Assembly: GCA_977018835.1 (NCBI GenBank)
Contig: OZ361259.1
Span: forward strand, 2,976,001-3,040,000
Origin: Minutocellus sp. GHC0000111
Taxonomy: Eukaryota
Length of the DNA: 64,000 nt
Direction of reading: 5' to 3'
Below, piece by piece: positions 1 through 12,008 of this stretch; the first letter of the stretch is position 1, and the number at the start of each line of letters is the position of its first letter. The notes below the pieces were generated by a model. The model saw only the letters and a list, made by a program, of their open reading frames with translations, was not told the DNA's origin and ran no database searches. The translations under genes were made by a program, and so were the position numbers.

Positions 1-2593
1 TCCTTCTGCTTCCTTCTCTCGCGAAGCTGGCTTTCTCGATCCAGCGGCGGTGAAAGGAGAGGTCTTCTTCATGGTCGTGGTACCAGCTGATGCTTCCCTT
101 CTTCTTCGTTCCTCTTCCTTAACCCTCTGATATGCCCTGGACTCTCCGACGTCTCCTTCTTTTAGGCGACGACGGTTACCAAGCAATGGAGATGAAGGTA
201 CCGTGGGCGATCGTTTGGCCACCTTGGGGACTCCCGTTTGTCCGCCATGGCCAAGATCACCAGTCGTTGCAGGAAGGGGACGGGCCTTGAAGGGCTTGGC
301 AGGGTTGATACCTTCAAAGTGACGCTTCTGCGTTGCCACAGGCCGAACAAGGTCCGATGCGACCGGCTCGTGCTCTTCCTCGTACTCTTCTTCCTCAGCA
401 TGGCTTGATAGCGCAATATTCTCTAGAGAAAGCTTTTGCTTCTGCTCCCTGGCTACAAAGGAATCCCGAGATTTGGTAACAAGTTGCTTCCGCTTCTGTG
501 CAGCTCCACGCAGACGTTCGACAAGAGCGTGGGACGATGCACCGAGCTTCTTCTTGGCACTGCTCAGATCATTGCCAGGCGATGGTCCGGCAAGAGCCAA
601 TGCGTCGTCGGAAATCGTTGAAGGCTGCATAGTGGGTGGGCTGAGAAGAGCACTAAGAGAGTCGTCGTTTGTATTGGCAGCGGCGGCAAATTGCGAGGGT
701 GAATCATCACAACCATCATTTGGGGCATTAAATCTCATCGTTGACGTTGCTTCAGTAGGGGGAGAACGGGTTTCTGCTGTTTCTTCTGCTGAGGGATGCA
801 TGTGGGAAAATATTGCGGCCTCATCCACCAAATGATTTTCCTGATGATCCATTTCGTGCTGATTCATTGAAAGCGCAGATTCAAGCTCTTGGTGGTCAGA
901 CGGCTCAGCAGCCAGTGCTTCGTCTTCCATGGGCGCATCGGTCCTGGCGTCTTTCATTTCTTCTTCTTCTCCATAGTCCGATTTTCCTCCTGAGACATCA
1001 AGGCTTTGATTGGTATCCTGGACACCTGCGCCTTCGAATGATTGTCTGGGCACAGGACTGGTGCTTGCATGCCTTGCGATGGGGCTAAGGGAGCACTTCA
1101 GTGGGTCATCAATCGTTGGTAGACCTACCATACCGCCATCATCGCGCAGCATACCATCTCCCTCTCCTAGAATGGGCTCGTCGGAAGCAGCATTGTTTGT
1201 ATCAACGAGAGGGCTTTCATCGTCAGTACCATGGGCATCGTCGTTGCTGCGGTCGGCGTCGTTAGCCTCAGCGGTACCAGACGTATCTACGCCCTTCGAC
1301 ATCAGAGAAGATGGTTCGGAATCTGGAAAGTTTAGGTTCTCCGCAGCAAGAAGAGATTCCTCGGCTTCCTCCGTTTTGGCAACATCGTTTCCCATCGTCG
1401 GCTCGATAACGGGCTCGGCTGAGGCGCCGTTAACATTATTAGTGCCGATAACCTCCTCTTCCTTCTCCTCCTCACTTTGGTTGGCAATTGCCAGCTCCGG
1501 ATCTGATTTCATACTGATATTGCTATCGCCATTCAACTCTTCACCTTGAGTCTCCCTCACTGCTTCGTCGACCGTTTCGAAGTTACCGTCGGCCTCGATA
1601 CCAATGCCAATGGTCTCAGGGATGGCCATCAGCGTCGGTTCACTGGTGGTACCTTCCCCAGTGCTGGTTTGGGGCTCGCTTTCATCCTCGTCGAGAACGT
1701 CGCTACCGACCGATCCAAGACCGAGCGATGGACACATGGACGTATCGAGCTGAAGCTGCTGGCCGAGGTTGACCCCAGCTACTGCTGGTTGGCCACCTCC
1801 TTCGGCCGGCATGTCGATACCACCGCTGGTACTGAGATCGACATCGACGTCATCGTCCTTCTTTTCGTCCTGCTCTTGCTCCTGATCCTGACCAGCAGCT
1901 GCATCACTCATATCCAGCCCTCTGGCCATGGATGCTTGATCAGGGAGCTCCTTCTCGAGATCGATGCCCTCCTCCTCCTTCTGTTGTTGCTGGGGCTTCT
2001 TGTCCTCCTTTTCATCCGTCCTCGGCCGCGATTTCTTGCCCTCTCCGCCGGCTGGGTTAGGGTTAGCCGCCTAACCCGCCGGCACCTGCAAAGTAATCGG
2101 CGAGGATGGGTGAGACGAGTAGGCTTTCATCAATTCCACATCCGCTGCTGGCCCCGCCGACGGATACACTGCCGGACAGGCTGTCCCGTCCTCTGTGGCT
2201 GTTTGAGGTGGTATCTTCGTCGGCGGCCGCCGCACCGGCAGCAGAATCGTCACGAGCGGCGGCGCTGCCACCGGACCCTACCGACCCGCGGGGAGGCAGT
2301 CCATAGCCGATAGAAGACCCACCGCTGTCGTTCAGGCTGTCCTCGGGGCGGGTTGGGTGGGACTCGGCATCACCATCACCGTCGTTGGCTCTGTGCCTAC
2401 TTTCGTCGTTGGCCATCATGGTTTCGATTTGTGGCTGGTCGTCTCCTGCTGCCGCGATATCTGGCTCGTCAAAATTATCGCGGCCATCAGACGTTGGACT
2501 GCCCTCGCTTGAGAATGGCTGCGCGTGAGCGGGGTGCGTGCTGATAGCGTCCTCGCCACCGCCGCCGTACACGTAGCCACCTTCGTCGCCCAT
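1..2593 (-). CDS. Large acidic/disordered protein with a TPX2-like motif (partial, runs off the left edge; frameshift at about 2068)
   Basis: ATG at 2593 (MGDEGGYVYGG...) is open to TAA 2063. A second frame is open from about 2070 to position 1 and encodes KPFKARPLPATTGDLGHGGQTGVPKVAKRSPTVPSSPLLG (about 320-180), which resembles TPX2-family FKARP..GVP.V.K..T.P.SP repeats. Confidence 0.6.
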
Positions 2594-2724
2594 CGAGAAC
2601 TCGCGGTTGGTGAGTGACTTTCGACTCACTCGACTGTTGAAAGGTGTACGTACATGTAATAGTGCTAAGAGCCTCGTACGTAGCTTCCGGATTTCCCCTG
2701 CCTGCCTGCTCACAAAACGCAAAG

Positions 2725-5700
2725 ATGACGGACCAAGCCGCTGCGGCATCCGCCGCTCTACCACCACCACCACCTCCCGCCAAGGACGGTCCCATGGTAG
2801 CAGAGATGGCTTCCAACAAGGCTGACGTTGGTACCGAGGAGCACCGGCCGACCGCCGAGGACCAGCACCAGCAGCAAGAACAGCAGCCGTCCGGCAACAA
2901 TGACGAGGAGGCAGATCCAAACAAAGGAAACGATGCCGAGGAGATGAAGGAGGAGGAGACCATCACCGTGACCACCGAGGATAGGAATGAATCCAAGCGG
3001 CGCAAGGTCGAGGGTATGATTCCGTCCAAAGTTGCCATTCCAACCACCGACGCCTCGCCGTCGCCGCCACCTCCATCATCCTCATGGTCATCATCGCCAT
3101 CTCCTCCAATCAAATCTGCTCCGGCTACAATCCAAACCAAAACCATCACCACCACCAGGACGACGGTACAGCAGCAGCAGAAGCAGCAGCCAACCACAAT
3201 GGCGGCTGCCTCGGCCACGTCCGATATGGAGGTTGATGAGTACACCAGCGATCTAGGCCTGACCAGCAGTGACGAGGAGGACACTCCCGACGCCCGTGCC
3301 GGACGGCTCTGTTCCAGCCTGGAAGGACTCCTCAAAGTAAGTGTTTCTGACCTTACGTACAACAGAGAGAATTGTAGAATATTGCATGGTGCTTCCACAA
3401 CTGAACTTACGAATGGCTATTGAAACTAGGCTGGTCTTCTCTCATCTCACACTGTTTCTCTTTATGACCTTGTCATTCACCAACCACACCACATGTAGAC
3501 AATCAAATCAATGGCAGGCAATAGCAACAATTCCAACGACGGTACAACAACTCTGGACTATACCCACCTTTACAAGCTAGCAACCGAGGCCAATACCAGT
3601 CTCAACATTGTCGGAACGATCAACGAAATGGGCGTGATCGAAGAGAAGGACAGCAAGGCCAACAATATGCCGCCAACAAGAGCAGCAGTAGGAAGAGGGG
3701 TGGAGGCCAACCTCCTCCCACCGCCCTGGCTGCCAAGCACCGAGAGAAGCTCATGAAACTGGGCCAGAAGCTATGGATGGCCGTCCGGTCCAACCCAAGC
3801 GTCTTTCTGGACAACAAATCGTCCACTACCACTACCTCCGCCTCCTCATCGGCGGCCAACACCACCATCACAACCCCAAGGGACAACCACAAGAATGCCG
3901 ACAATATCCGTGGATCGGCCACGGGATTTGTCCGTTTCATCGCCGCACGGTTGGTGCTGATGGATCACATCACAACTCAGGATCGGGTATTCCCCTCCAT
4001 CCGATACGTCGCGGGGGTCAACACCGATCGTCGAGTTGCCATCCCCCCAAGCGCATCGCCCAGCGAGCTGGAGTTTGGTCTCCGATCCTTCGTCCGTGCC
4101 GGTCGTTCCATCTTGCTGTCGGACCGGACCGACGCCCGGGAGGCCTACGCTGCCCTCATGCTGGCCCGAGAATGCTGGGAATGTATCAACTACATGGCCA
4201 GGGGGGGGACGGTGACGTGAATACCGCCATTGCTGCATCGTCGGTGGCCAGCAAGAACCTCGATGATGCATTCGACGGTGCATCCCTCCTTCCCGACGCT
4301 GCCTTTGCGGCCTCCAACGGCGAGGGTGTGAGTAGAAGGAATGAATCTGCCCTCGTTATTCAGGATCTTAGCCGCCTCGATCAATTCGTGAAGGATTTTT
4401 GCCTATCGGCACCGTCGACGGTCGGAGGAGACGATGACAACGGTTCGAACGTTTCCCTCGGTGCAATTCAGCGGTATCTACCTGCCCTTGCTCGGGTTGC
4501 ATACAAGCACGGCTGTCACTATGCACAGCTGAAGGACTTTGATACAGCCAACAAGGCGCTCAAGGTGGTACTGATGGCCACCAATGACTGCCTTCGAGGT
4601 ATTGAGGCGCGGGCCGACCAGATGGCATCCCGCAAGGTTGGGTGGCAAGCGCTCCAGGTCCAAGAGCAGGAGATGCTGGTTGTTGCCAAGCAGAGTCTGT
4701 ACGTCCTGAGCCATGTCAGTGTCGAGACAGGACGTGCCGATCATGCCCAGGCTTGCCTTTCTCAGGTGAGTTGGAATGTGCATTCATCTTACCATTTTTC
4801 TGCTTTACGATCGTACTTCAATGAAACTGAAGAAATCCGTTACTGATACTTTTAATTTTGCCTCGAATTCCCGCAGGTCGAGAAGTACATCAACGAGCAG
4901 CGGAATCGCTCAGACGCGCAATACGCAGCATCCATGAAGAATCTCAACAGCGATGCCAAGTCCAGATTGTTTGCTTCATCGTCATTTGCTGGGACAGACC
5001 TCCTCGAGGGTCCCAAGCAGCAAGACAAGGCCGATATCAAGGCACGGATCGAGGCTGCGCGTCACCGAGAAAAGCAGACCGAGCTGAGGGAGAGAGCCAA
5101 CTTGGCCTTCAACAAAATCTCCCTGTTACATCGCTCATCGAGACTTGGCAGAGAAGATGGCCTCAAGGTGGATGCCGAATTCAGGACACTGCAGAAGATG
5201 GTCCTATCGCTGTCCATTGATGATACATCATCTAGCGCATCACTCCGTGTGGGTGGTGGCGGCGCGGCCTCGATGACGACAATGGTGGTGTCGAATGGCT
5301 CCAAGAAGAAAAAGATGGCCGAGCAGAGCTCAGAAGATATGTTCGAAGGACTGCTCCTCCGGGCTGCTCGCGAAATCAGATCTCGCCGCCTGGTAGCGAC
5401 CAATACAGTAACCAACGATTCCTCTTGCCTTGGGAATCCGTACGAATTTCTGTTGGAGAAGATTGACAAGCGCCATCCAAAGCATCATTTTGTCGTTCTG
5501 GACCATATGCGAGCTGTGCTGACGGCAATCCAAATGCTACGGGAGAAGCATGACAATGACTCCATTATCTACTCGACTGGTGATATCGACCTTGATGCAC
5601 TTGCCCTCTCGATTGCCAAGCAGTATACCCAAGGCTTTGAGAGTAATCAGCAGTCATCATCCTTGGCAGGTGCATCGGCATCGGAGTCCACCCTCTTTGC

Positions 5701-7894
5701 TGGGCCATCCGATGCAGCCAAGAGCCTTCGTCTTGGTTTGCTACGGGAATCCACCACGCAGTTCTCTCGTGCCCTCTCCCTATATCACGTCGCCGATGAT
5801 CGACATGAGATCTGTCACAAGTGGGCGGATCTCTTGATCAACAGCATGGAGCAACTCCGCGATATGGAAGGGAGTAGTGGTACTGGTACCACTACCACTA
5901 GTGACGGCAGAAGTGGTAGTGAATCGATCGATCTGTTTGGCTCCAAGCAATCCATGGATGCAACTCTTGCTGAACTCCTCTCGATCAAGGCTTACGCCCT
6001 TAGTGCCAGCGGGGAGCACACCCGAGGACTCAGAGCTGCTCGAAAGGCGTGGGAGATGTCCGAGCGAACGAGCAAGCCAAGTCTGCACTGTGCCGGTATC
6101 CTGTTCCATTCTGCACTCCTTCAAGAGACATCTGGTAGCGATGCAGGTAGTGGCGGACAATCTACTTCGTGCGATGCGTTGCTAGAGCTGGACAGCGCCA
6201 TTTCGTGCCTCTTTCAGGCCTATGGCGAAAAGACGATGGATTCTGGACTAACCGTCGCCGAAGAGCTTCTCGAATCCTTCAAGCCTCTTGCAAGGCTTTG
6301 TCTCGAGAAGCAGAAGAGTCCTGGAGGCGATCGATTGCTCTTGGGTGTTCAGGAGCGCTGGATCAAGCTGTTCGGCAAAACCAAGTCCATCGTGGATATT
6401 ATCAAGAATGGTGAGCCGACGCGTGGATCATTTACCCGTATGCCCGGTAGCGCTCCTCTGCTGTCAATTCTCCGTGGCTACCTCCAGGCCATTCAGACCG
6501 GAGCATCCAAGGAAGTTGCGGCAGCGCGAAGTCTTGCCCCACCAGAAGCTCTGGATGACGTCCTTGAAAGCGCATTGTCCATCATTCTCCTGGCTCGGGA
6601 TCGCAATTTGGGAATCAAGACGACGAAGCCCCCATCCAAGAAGGGCAAGAAGAGGAAGAAGAAGCGCAAGGCCTTTGATGGTGGGAACAACTTCACCCTC
6701 ATTTGGGACAACCATGCAACAGAATTGATCATAGGAAGCCATATCGATTGCATCATCCATATTGCCGAGCAGCTGTGGAGTATGGCCATCCTATTCTCTT
6801 CCAACAAGCAGGTCGCTTCTCAGCTTTATGCCAGAGCGCACGACTTTGCCCTGTTGAGTGAAGAGGAGGAAGGCGCCAAGCTCAGCAAGGGCTTCCTCGA
6901 TTGCGACTTTGGCTGCGGAGCCACGGACTTGCAATGTCCCAACTTTTCCCGATACGGTCAGCGAGACAATGCTTCTACCGCATCGACCCTGAGCAGTGAA
7001 TTCAGCGCGCAATGCCTCATCATATCGGTTGCGCATGCTATCGACGACGTGAAGGGATCGAGAGCAAGCAACAAGAACTGGGCGAAGCATTGCCTTCATC
7101 GCCTCGCCTTGGCTTATGCCGAGATGGAGGTGAACGAGCTGCATGACAATGAGAACCGAGACGAAATTCGTCCACTGCTGGCCCATTGTACGCTTCGATG
7201 CCTCCTCGAACTCGGTGACGACGATGTTTCGTCCAGTCTTTTGGCCGATGGTACTTTGTTGAAGTGCCTGGCCGAAAAGAACCTCGCCAAGGACATCTAC
7301 GTTACCGATGACGATGCGTCAAGTGGTGATGGGTCCGTTTTCACCGACAATAACACCGCACGAACTGAAGACAGTGTCAACTTCACGGTCAAGCTCATTG
7401 AGAATCTGTACGCCAACGCGACAAAGGCAGAAACCAATGGACTTCGTGAGACGTCCAAGATCTTGCTCCAGAGTTGTGTGGATCAGATCAAATCTGGTTC
7501 GTTGATCAGCGATTTGCGGGGCCTTCCCGACAATTTCTCCGTCGGCGAGATTCAGCGAAAGCTGATCGAACTTGGATCCAACATCCAAGAGGTCGTGGAA
7601 GTCTTTGAGGATGTCGATAATTCGATGAAGGTGGTCATTGACCATACCGGTCACGGAGACAGAGACAATCTCCTCTACTCGAAGGATCAGTTGGACTGGT
7701 TCGCCGTGGAGGGCCACAATCGAGGATGTCAACTTTTGCAGCTGGGCGATTACCACAATGCTCTCCGACTTGTCTCTGTCTCCCTGAATCTCCTTCCCCA
7801 TTGCAGCAAGGCCGTTTCAGCCTATCGTGCCGAGATGCACAGCACCTACACCTCCATTTCGTCCAAGGCTGAACAATTTTCTATCCAGTACTAA
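2725..7894 (+). CDS. ZIP4/SPO22/TEX11-like TPR-type meiotic protein (3 exons; frameshifts at about 3667 and 4205)
   Basis: ATG 2725. Introns 3337-3498 (AAA|GTAAGT...TGTAG|ACA) and 4766-4876 (CAG|GTGAGT...CCGCAG|GTC) restore the frame. The C-terminus YSKDQLDWFAVEGHNRGCQLLQLGDYHNALRLVSVSLNLLPHC..YRAEMHSTY resembles the TEX11/ZIP4 terminal block, and YKHGCHYAQLKDFDTANKAL resembles the SPO22-region helix. Confidence 0.6.
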
Positions 7895-8067
7895 GCAAAG
7901 CCTTTGGAAGATTTATTATGTAGCAGAAATAGAGAAGTACACGTATGAGGTAGAAGAGTAAACCATGAGCTTCGGGGCATTGATAACATTCTAAATTAAG
8001 ATGCTCTAAGCGATGCTAATGATTGATCTCATCTGGATCTAGCTAGTACTCACTTTGTACCTAGGTA

Positions 8068-8580
8068 TCACTGAAATGCAGTACCTCCGTGGGAATTCAG
8101 AAGTTCCTGCAGCATGAATAAGTTGCCCTGGGCGATACCCTTCATGCGTGATGTATCGTCCCCTCTGGGGTAAATTCCGCAAAGGTCGTCAAGGTTGAGA
8201 TTACAAACTGGGCCATCAGTATCGCCTTTAAAGGATGACGGCGGCACTATGCCGGGAATGAAACCAATAACATTATCAGCCCCGCCGCCCAAAGGATATT
8301 CCAAGGATCGAACAAACTCTTTAGCAGACAACCAAACTGCCATATCCGTCTCTTGCTCATCGATGTGAACCTGTTCCTGCAGCTTGGACAAATTCTTCTC
8401 GGTAGTCTGTGCTGTACAAAAGACCACCAGGTAGTGAGCTGTTATTCCACTGCCAGCCTCCAGACATTCCTTTCCACACGTTGGATAACAACTTTCCCAC
8501 AGGCAGAAGGGATTGACCGTCTCTCGGTCAACATCCACTCCTGTCTCCTCCTTCACTTCCCGTACCAAGCAGTCCGTTAT
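8068..8580 (-). CDS. NUDT17-like Nudix hydrolase, C-terminal half, fused in frame to the upstream RRM gene
   Basis: ITDCLVREVKEETGV is the second half of a Nudix box (REUxEExGU), followed by the NUDT17-like LWESCYP...HYLVVF and CGIYP...GIAQG. The G-x5-E first half of the box is missing. Confidence 0.6.
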   Translation of the reverse strand: MTDCLVREVKEETGVDVDRETVNPFCLWESCYPTCGKECLEAGSGITAHYLVVFCTAQTTEKNLSKLQEQVHIDEQETDMAVWLSAKEFVRSLEYPLGGGADNVIGFIPGIVPPSSFKGDTDGPVCNLNLDDLCGIYPRGDDTSRMKGIAQGNLFMLQELLNSHGGTAFQ

Positions 8581-10029
8581 GCGTTTGGCGCAAACTCTCT
8601 CGCCTTCAAATACACCCATGCTGACGGTGGGGAGAGACGAGATGGGTTTCTTGGCCCAAGCCGAAGAGTCAAATGTGGGGACACCGATGAGGACTTCGGC
8701 CATACCGGTCTGCTCCTCGACCTCAACGATGGCGACCTTTTCGGAGTTGTCCTCGACGTAGTCCGAGCGCAGCATCATTCCCGACGCCTCGGCGGCCTTG
8801 ATAATTTGCTTCTGGTACTTGAGGATGGCAGCATCCATAACGTCGGGGGATAGGATGCCCAGTCGCAGAGGAGATAGGTCTACAATGACATTGTCGAGGG
8901 GGCGGCCACCGGATGCCTTGCACAGGACGATCTGAGGTATCGAGCGCTTGTCGCACCACTCCCGGTGCAGATTGGCCAGAGGCGATGATTTGCGGCCTCG
9001 TCGGTACCCCGTGCCTTCGAGGGTTACAAATCCCTGCCGAGAGGCCCTTTCAAAGGCCCGCTGGTCGGGTTCGGAAAGGCGTTCAAACATGGGCTGGCGG
9101 CCGCCACCACCATTCCTCTTGCTGTTCTTCTTCTTGGCCTTGTTGCTGCCACTGTTATTGCCGGTAGGGTAGCGCTTATTGGAGTTGTTATCGATGAAAT
9201 TGGCACTGGTGCGTGATTCGTTGGAAAATTGGTCGTCTTCCTTTGGCACATAACCTAGAACATATGCCACGATCTTGCCGGGCACACGGACTCGATTCTG
9301 TCCCTTGAAATCCGTAATGGGCTCCACCTTGATCCGCTTGCCGTTCAACTTGCGCCCGTGCATCTTGATGATTGCGTTCTGCGTTGTGATGTGTGTGTAG
9401 AAAACATGGAGAGAAGGAAACAATGTAAAGGTCGGTCAGCGAACCCATGAGCGCATACGTAATGTTATTGCACAAATTCAAATTCAAGTATCTGAGAAAA
9501 GAACAATTGTAGCCGACAAACAATGACACAACGCCAATTGTGGCATATCGCAGAGCAAAACTCACCTCCTTCTCTTCGACGGATGGGAAGGTGACGAATC
9601 CATACTTTCGAGACGATGCGTTGGGGTTGCGCGCCACGCAGGCTGGCAATGACGACAGGACGCTGACCTCGGAGAACAGGTCGGAAAGCTGTTCGTCGGT
9701 GGTAAATTCGCAAAGATTGCCCACCCAAAGGGTCGTGCTGCACATTTTATCGGAAGTGGGACCATCTCGTACCGTTCGCCGCCGGCGATCATCTCGTCGA
9801 AGGAGGGGTAGGTAACGCCCAACATGTGGAGGGCTGTAGTGGGAGTGGCGGTTGTGGATTTCGAGGAGGCGTATCCGAACGTGCTTGTTCGTCGTGAGGC
9901 TGTTGCGCTTCCGCCGGGATTGCTGGACGAAGAATGATCGGCACGAATGGTGGGCGTCGCCGGCATGTGAAATGCCCCCGCCATTGCAGGGAGGGACCAC
10001 AGGAGGATACTGCTGCGTTGGATGCGCAT
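8581..10029 (-). CDS. Plastid-targeted RRM RNA-binding protein (intron 9379-9565; frameshift at about 9750; C-terminus lost at the junction at about 8580)
   Basis: Signal peptide ending AGA-F (MRIQRSSILLWSLPAMAGAFH). RNP2 LWVGNL and RNP1 KYGFVTF. GAG|GTGAGT donor and CAG|AAC acceptor join EKE to NAIIKMHGRKLNGKRIKVE. Confidence 0.75.
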
Positions 10030-10457
10030 CGTGCTGGTCCTTTGACGTCGTCTTTGGTCCGGCATTGGGTCAATACTGGAGGATTCTGCAGATTCAAACA
10101 ACACCGTGGCATTTGACGACGTGACGAATGAACAGATGGCAGGCTTGAACCGATCAAGAATTTGGCGCGCCATGAATCCGGGTGTCTTTTCAGTTCAAAA
10201 TTCTGCTTTGTCACTAAGAAAGTATCCACTCCCAATTATGGTTTATCGTCTCTCCGTCGTCAGAACAGACATTTGTCCGGCTTTCTTCGTCAGCCCCGCA
10301 GGCGCCACGTCTTGCCTTGCTCGCCGCCAAAGCACGTGCATCGACCAAAGAGCCTCTCCGCTCCATCCACCAATGCTCACAAATTCGTGGTGTCAACCCA
10401 ATTGAGAAAGCAAACTCTCGCATAACCACATCATTGATTAAAGCTTATTTCATTATC

Positions 10458-11576
10458 ATGTCCAAAGTTGCAAGCAGCACCAAGACCAACAAGATTGTTC
10501 CCGCTAGCGGCGACGTCGACGATTCATCGTCCGTCAGCACGACTTCGTCTTCTTCTTCCGTGTCGTCGGCCAATAATAGCGTGGCCGAATCTTCGGTCCA
10601 TGTCGTGAGCTCGACGGCGTCGGTGGCATCTGCCGCCGTTAGCGACGATTCGTCCATGGCATAGTCGTCGGTCGGCAAGAAGCAGAAGGGCAAGAAGAAC
10701 AAGCAGACGAAGCAATCGTCGTCTTCGAATGATGCCAAATCGAAGAAGCGTGGCCGGAAAGAAGAAAATGAGGGCAATGTCGTCGATGAGGAAGAGGCGA
10801 GGAGATTGAAAAAGAAGGAGAAGAAGGAGAGGCGCAAGGCCGAGAAGAGGGCTCGCAAAGAAGGGAAGAAGAGGCTGGAGGCAGCAGAAGCGGCAAGTGC
10901 CGCTACCAGTTCGACCAGTGCTCCTGTTCTGTGCCAACCTGTCGGTGCGGCTGCAGCAGCTGCTCCTTCGGCCGATGCAGCCGCTGCAGCGGAAGCTGAG
11001 AAATTCGAAAAGATGACCTCGGCCTGCCGTACCATATTGGAGTGCATAGGGGAGAACCCCGACCGCGAGGGCTTGGTGAAGACGCCTGCCCGATGGGCCA
11101 AGGCCCTCCTCTTCCTCAACAGGGGATATCACCAAACCGTCGCCGAGGTAACGAACGACGCCGTCTTCACCGAGGACTCGCACAAGGAGATGGTCGTCGT
11201 CCGCGACATCGACATCCACAGCCTGTGCGAGCATCACATGGTCCCCTTCACCGGCCGCGTCCACGTGGGGTACATCCCCAACGGCAAGATCATCGGTCTG
11301 TCCAAGATGGCCCGCATCGCCGAGGTGTTCTCCCGCCGCCTTCAGGTGCAGGAGCGCCTCACGAGGCAGATTGCCGACGCCATCGTCGAGGCTGTCGAGC
11401 CCCTCGGCGTGGCCGTCGTCGTGGAGTGCTCCCACTTCTGTATGGTCATGCGCGGAGTGCAAAAGTGCTCGGCCAGGACGGTCACCAGCAGCGTGAGGGG
11501 GTGCTTCGAATCCAATTCCAAGACCCGGGCCGAATTCTTTTCCATCATCAACGGCAGCAATGTCAAGATGTGCTAG
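10458..11576 (+). CDS. GCH1: GTP cyclohydrolase I with a Ser/Lys-rich N-terminal extension interrupted by an in-frame TAG (10662-10664)
   Basis: Motifs [45 protein letters not shown] and [11 protein letters not shown]. ORFs 10317-10664 and 10806-11576 are in the same frame. An alternative start exists at ATG 11013. Confidence 0.95.
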
Positions 11577-12008
11577 TGTTGGCGGGGCATGCCCTACTAT
11601 ATCGCTGTGTATCTGATAACGAAAGGCGGTATATGTATTGAAAGGTTGGAGACCGATTATTTTCTCTCAGCAGCAGCAACTGAAAATTTTGAACAGGCAG
11701 GGCCGCCGAAGTGCGACGTGCCAGCGGAGGCATTGCTCTCGCATTGCTCTCTAGCTAGAGTCTAGATCTAAAGAGCTCTACAACTTAACATAGAGACCAA
11801 CAAAGTGACTCTATCTGCATATCCCTCTGTAGCTAGTTGGGTACATGTGCATGTACCGGTAGGTGCATGAGAACTCATGAGTGCTGCTCCCTCCCCTTCT
11901 TGTCTTCTTCGAGCCTCGTGTCGATGTCGACTGTCTTCGATCGACTTCGTAAAATCGAAAGCTAAAGAGTCAATGAAATAGCCGAAAAATAAACGCCAGA
12001 ACAAGGCA

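Noticed and set aside
2054..2077. Telomere-like GGGTTAGGGTTAG...CTAACCC
   Set aside because: Only about two units, inside a coding region (encodes NPNP on the minus strand); not an interstitial telomere.
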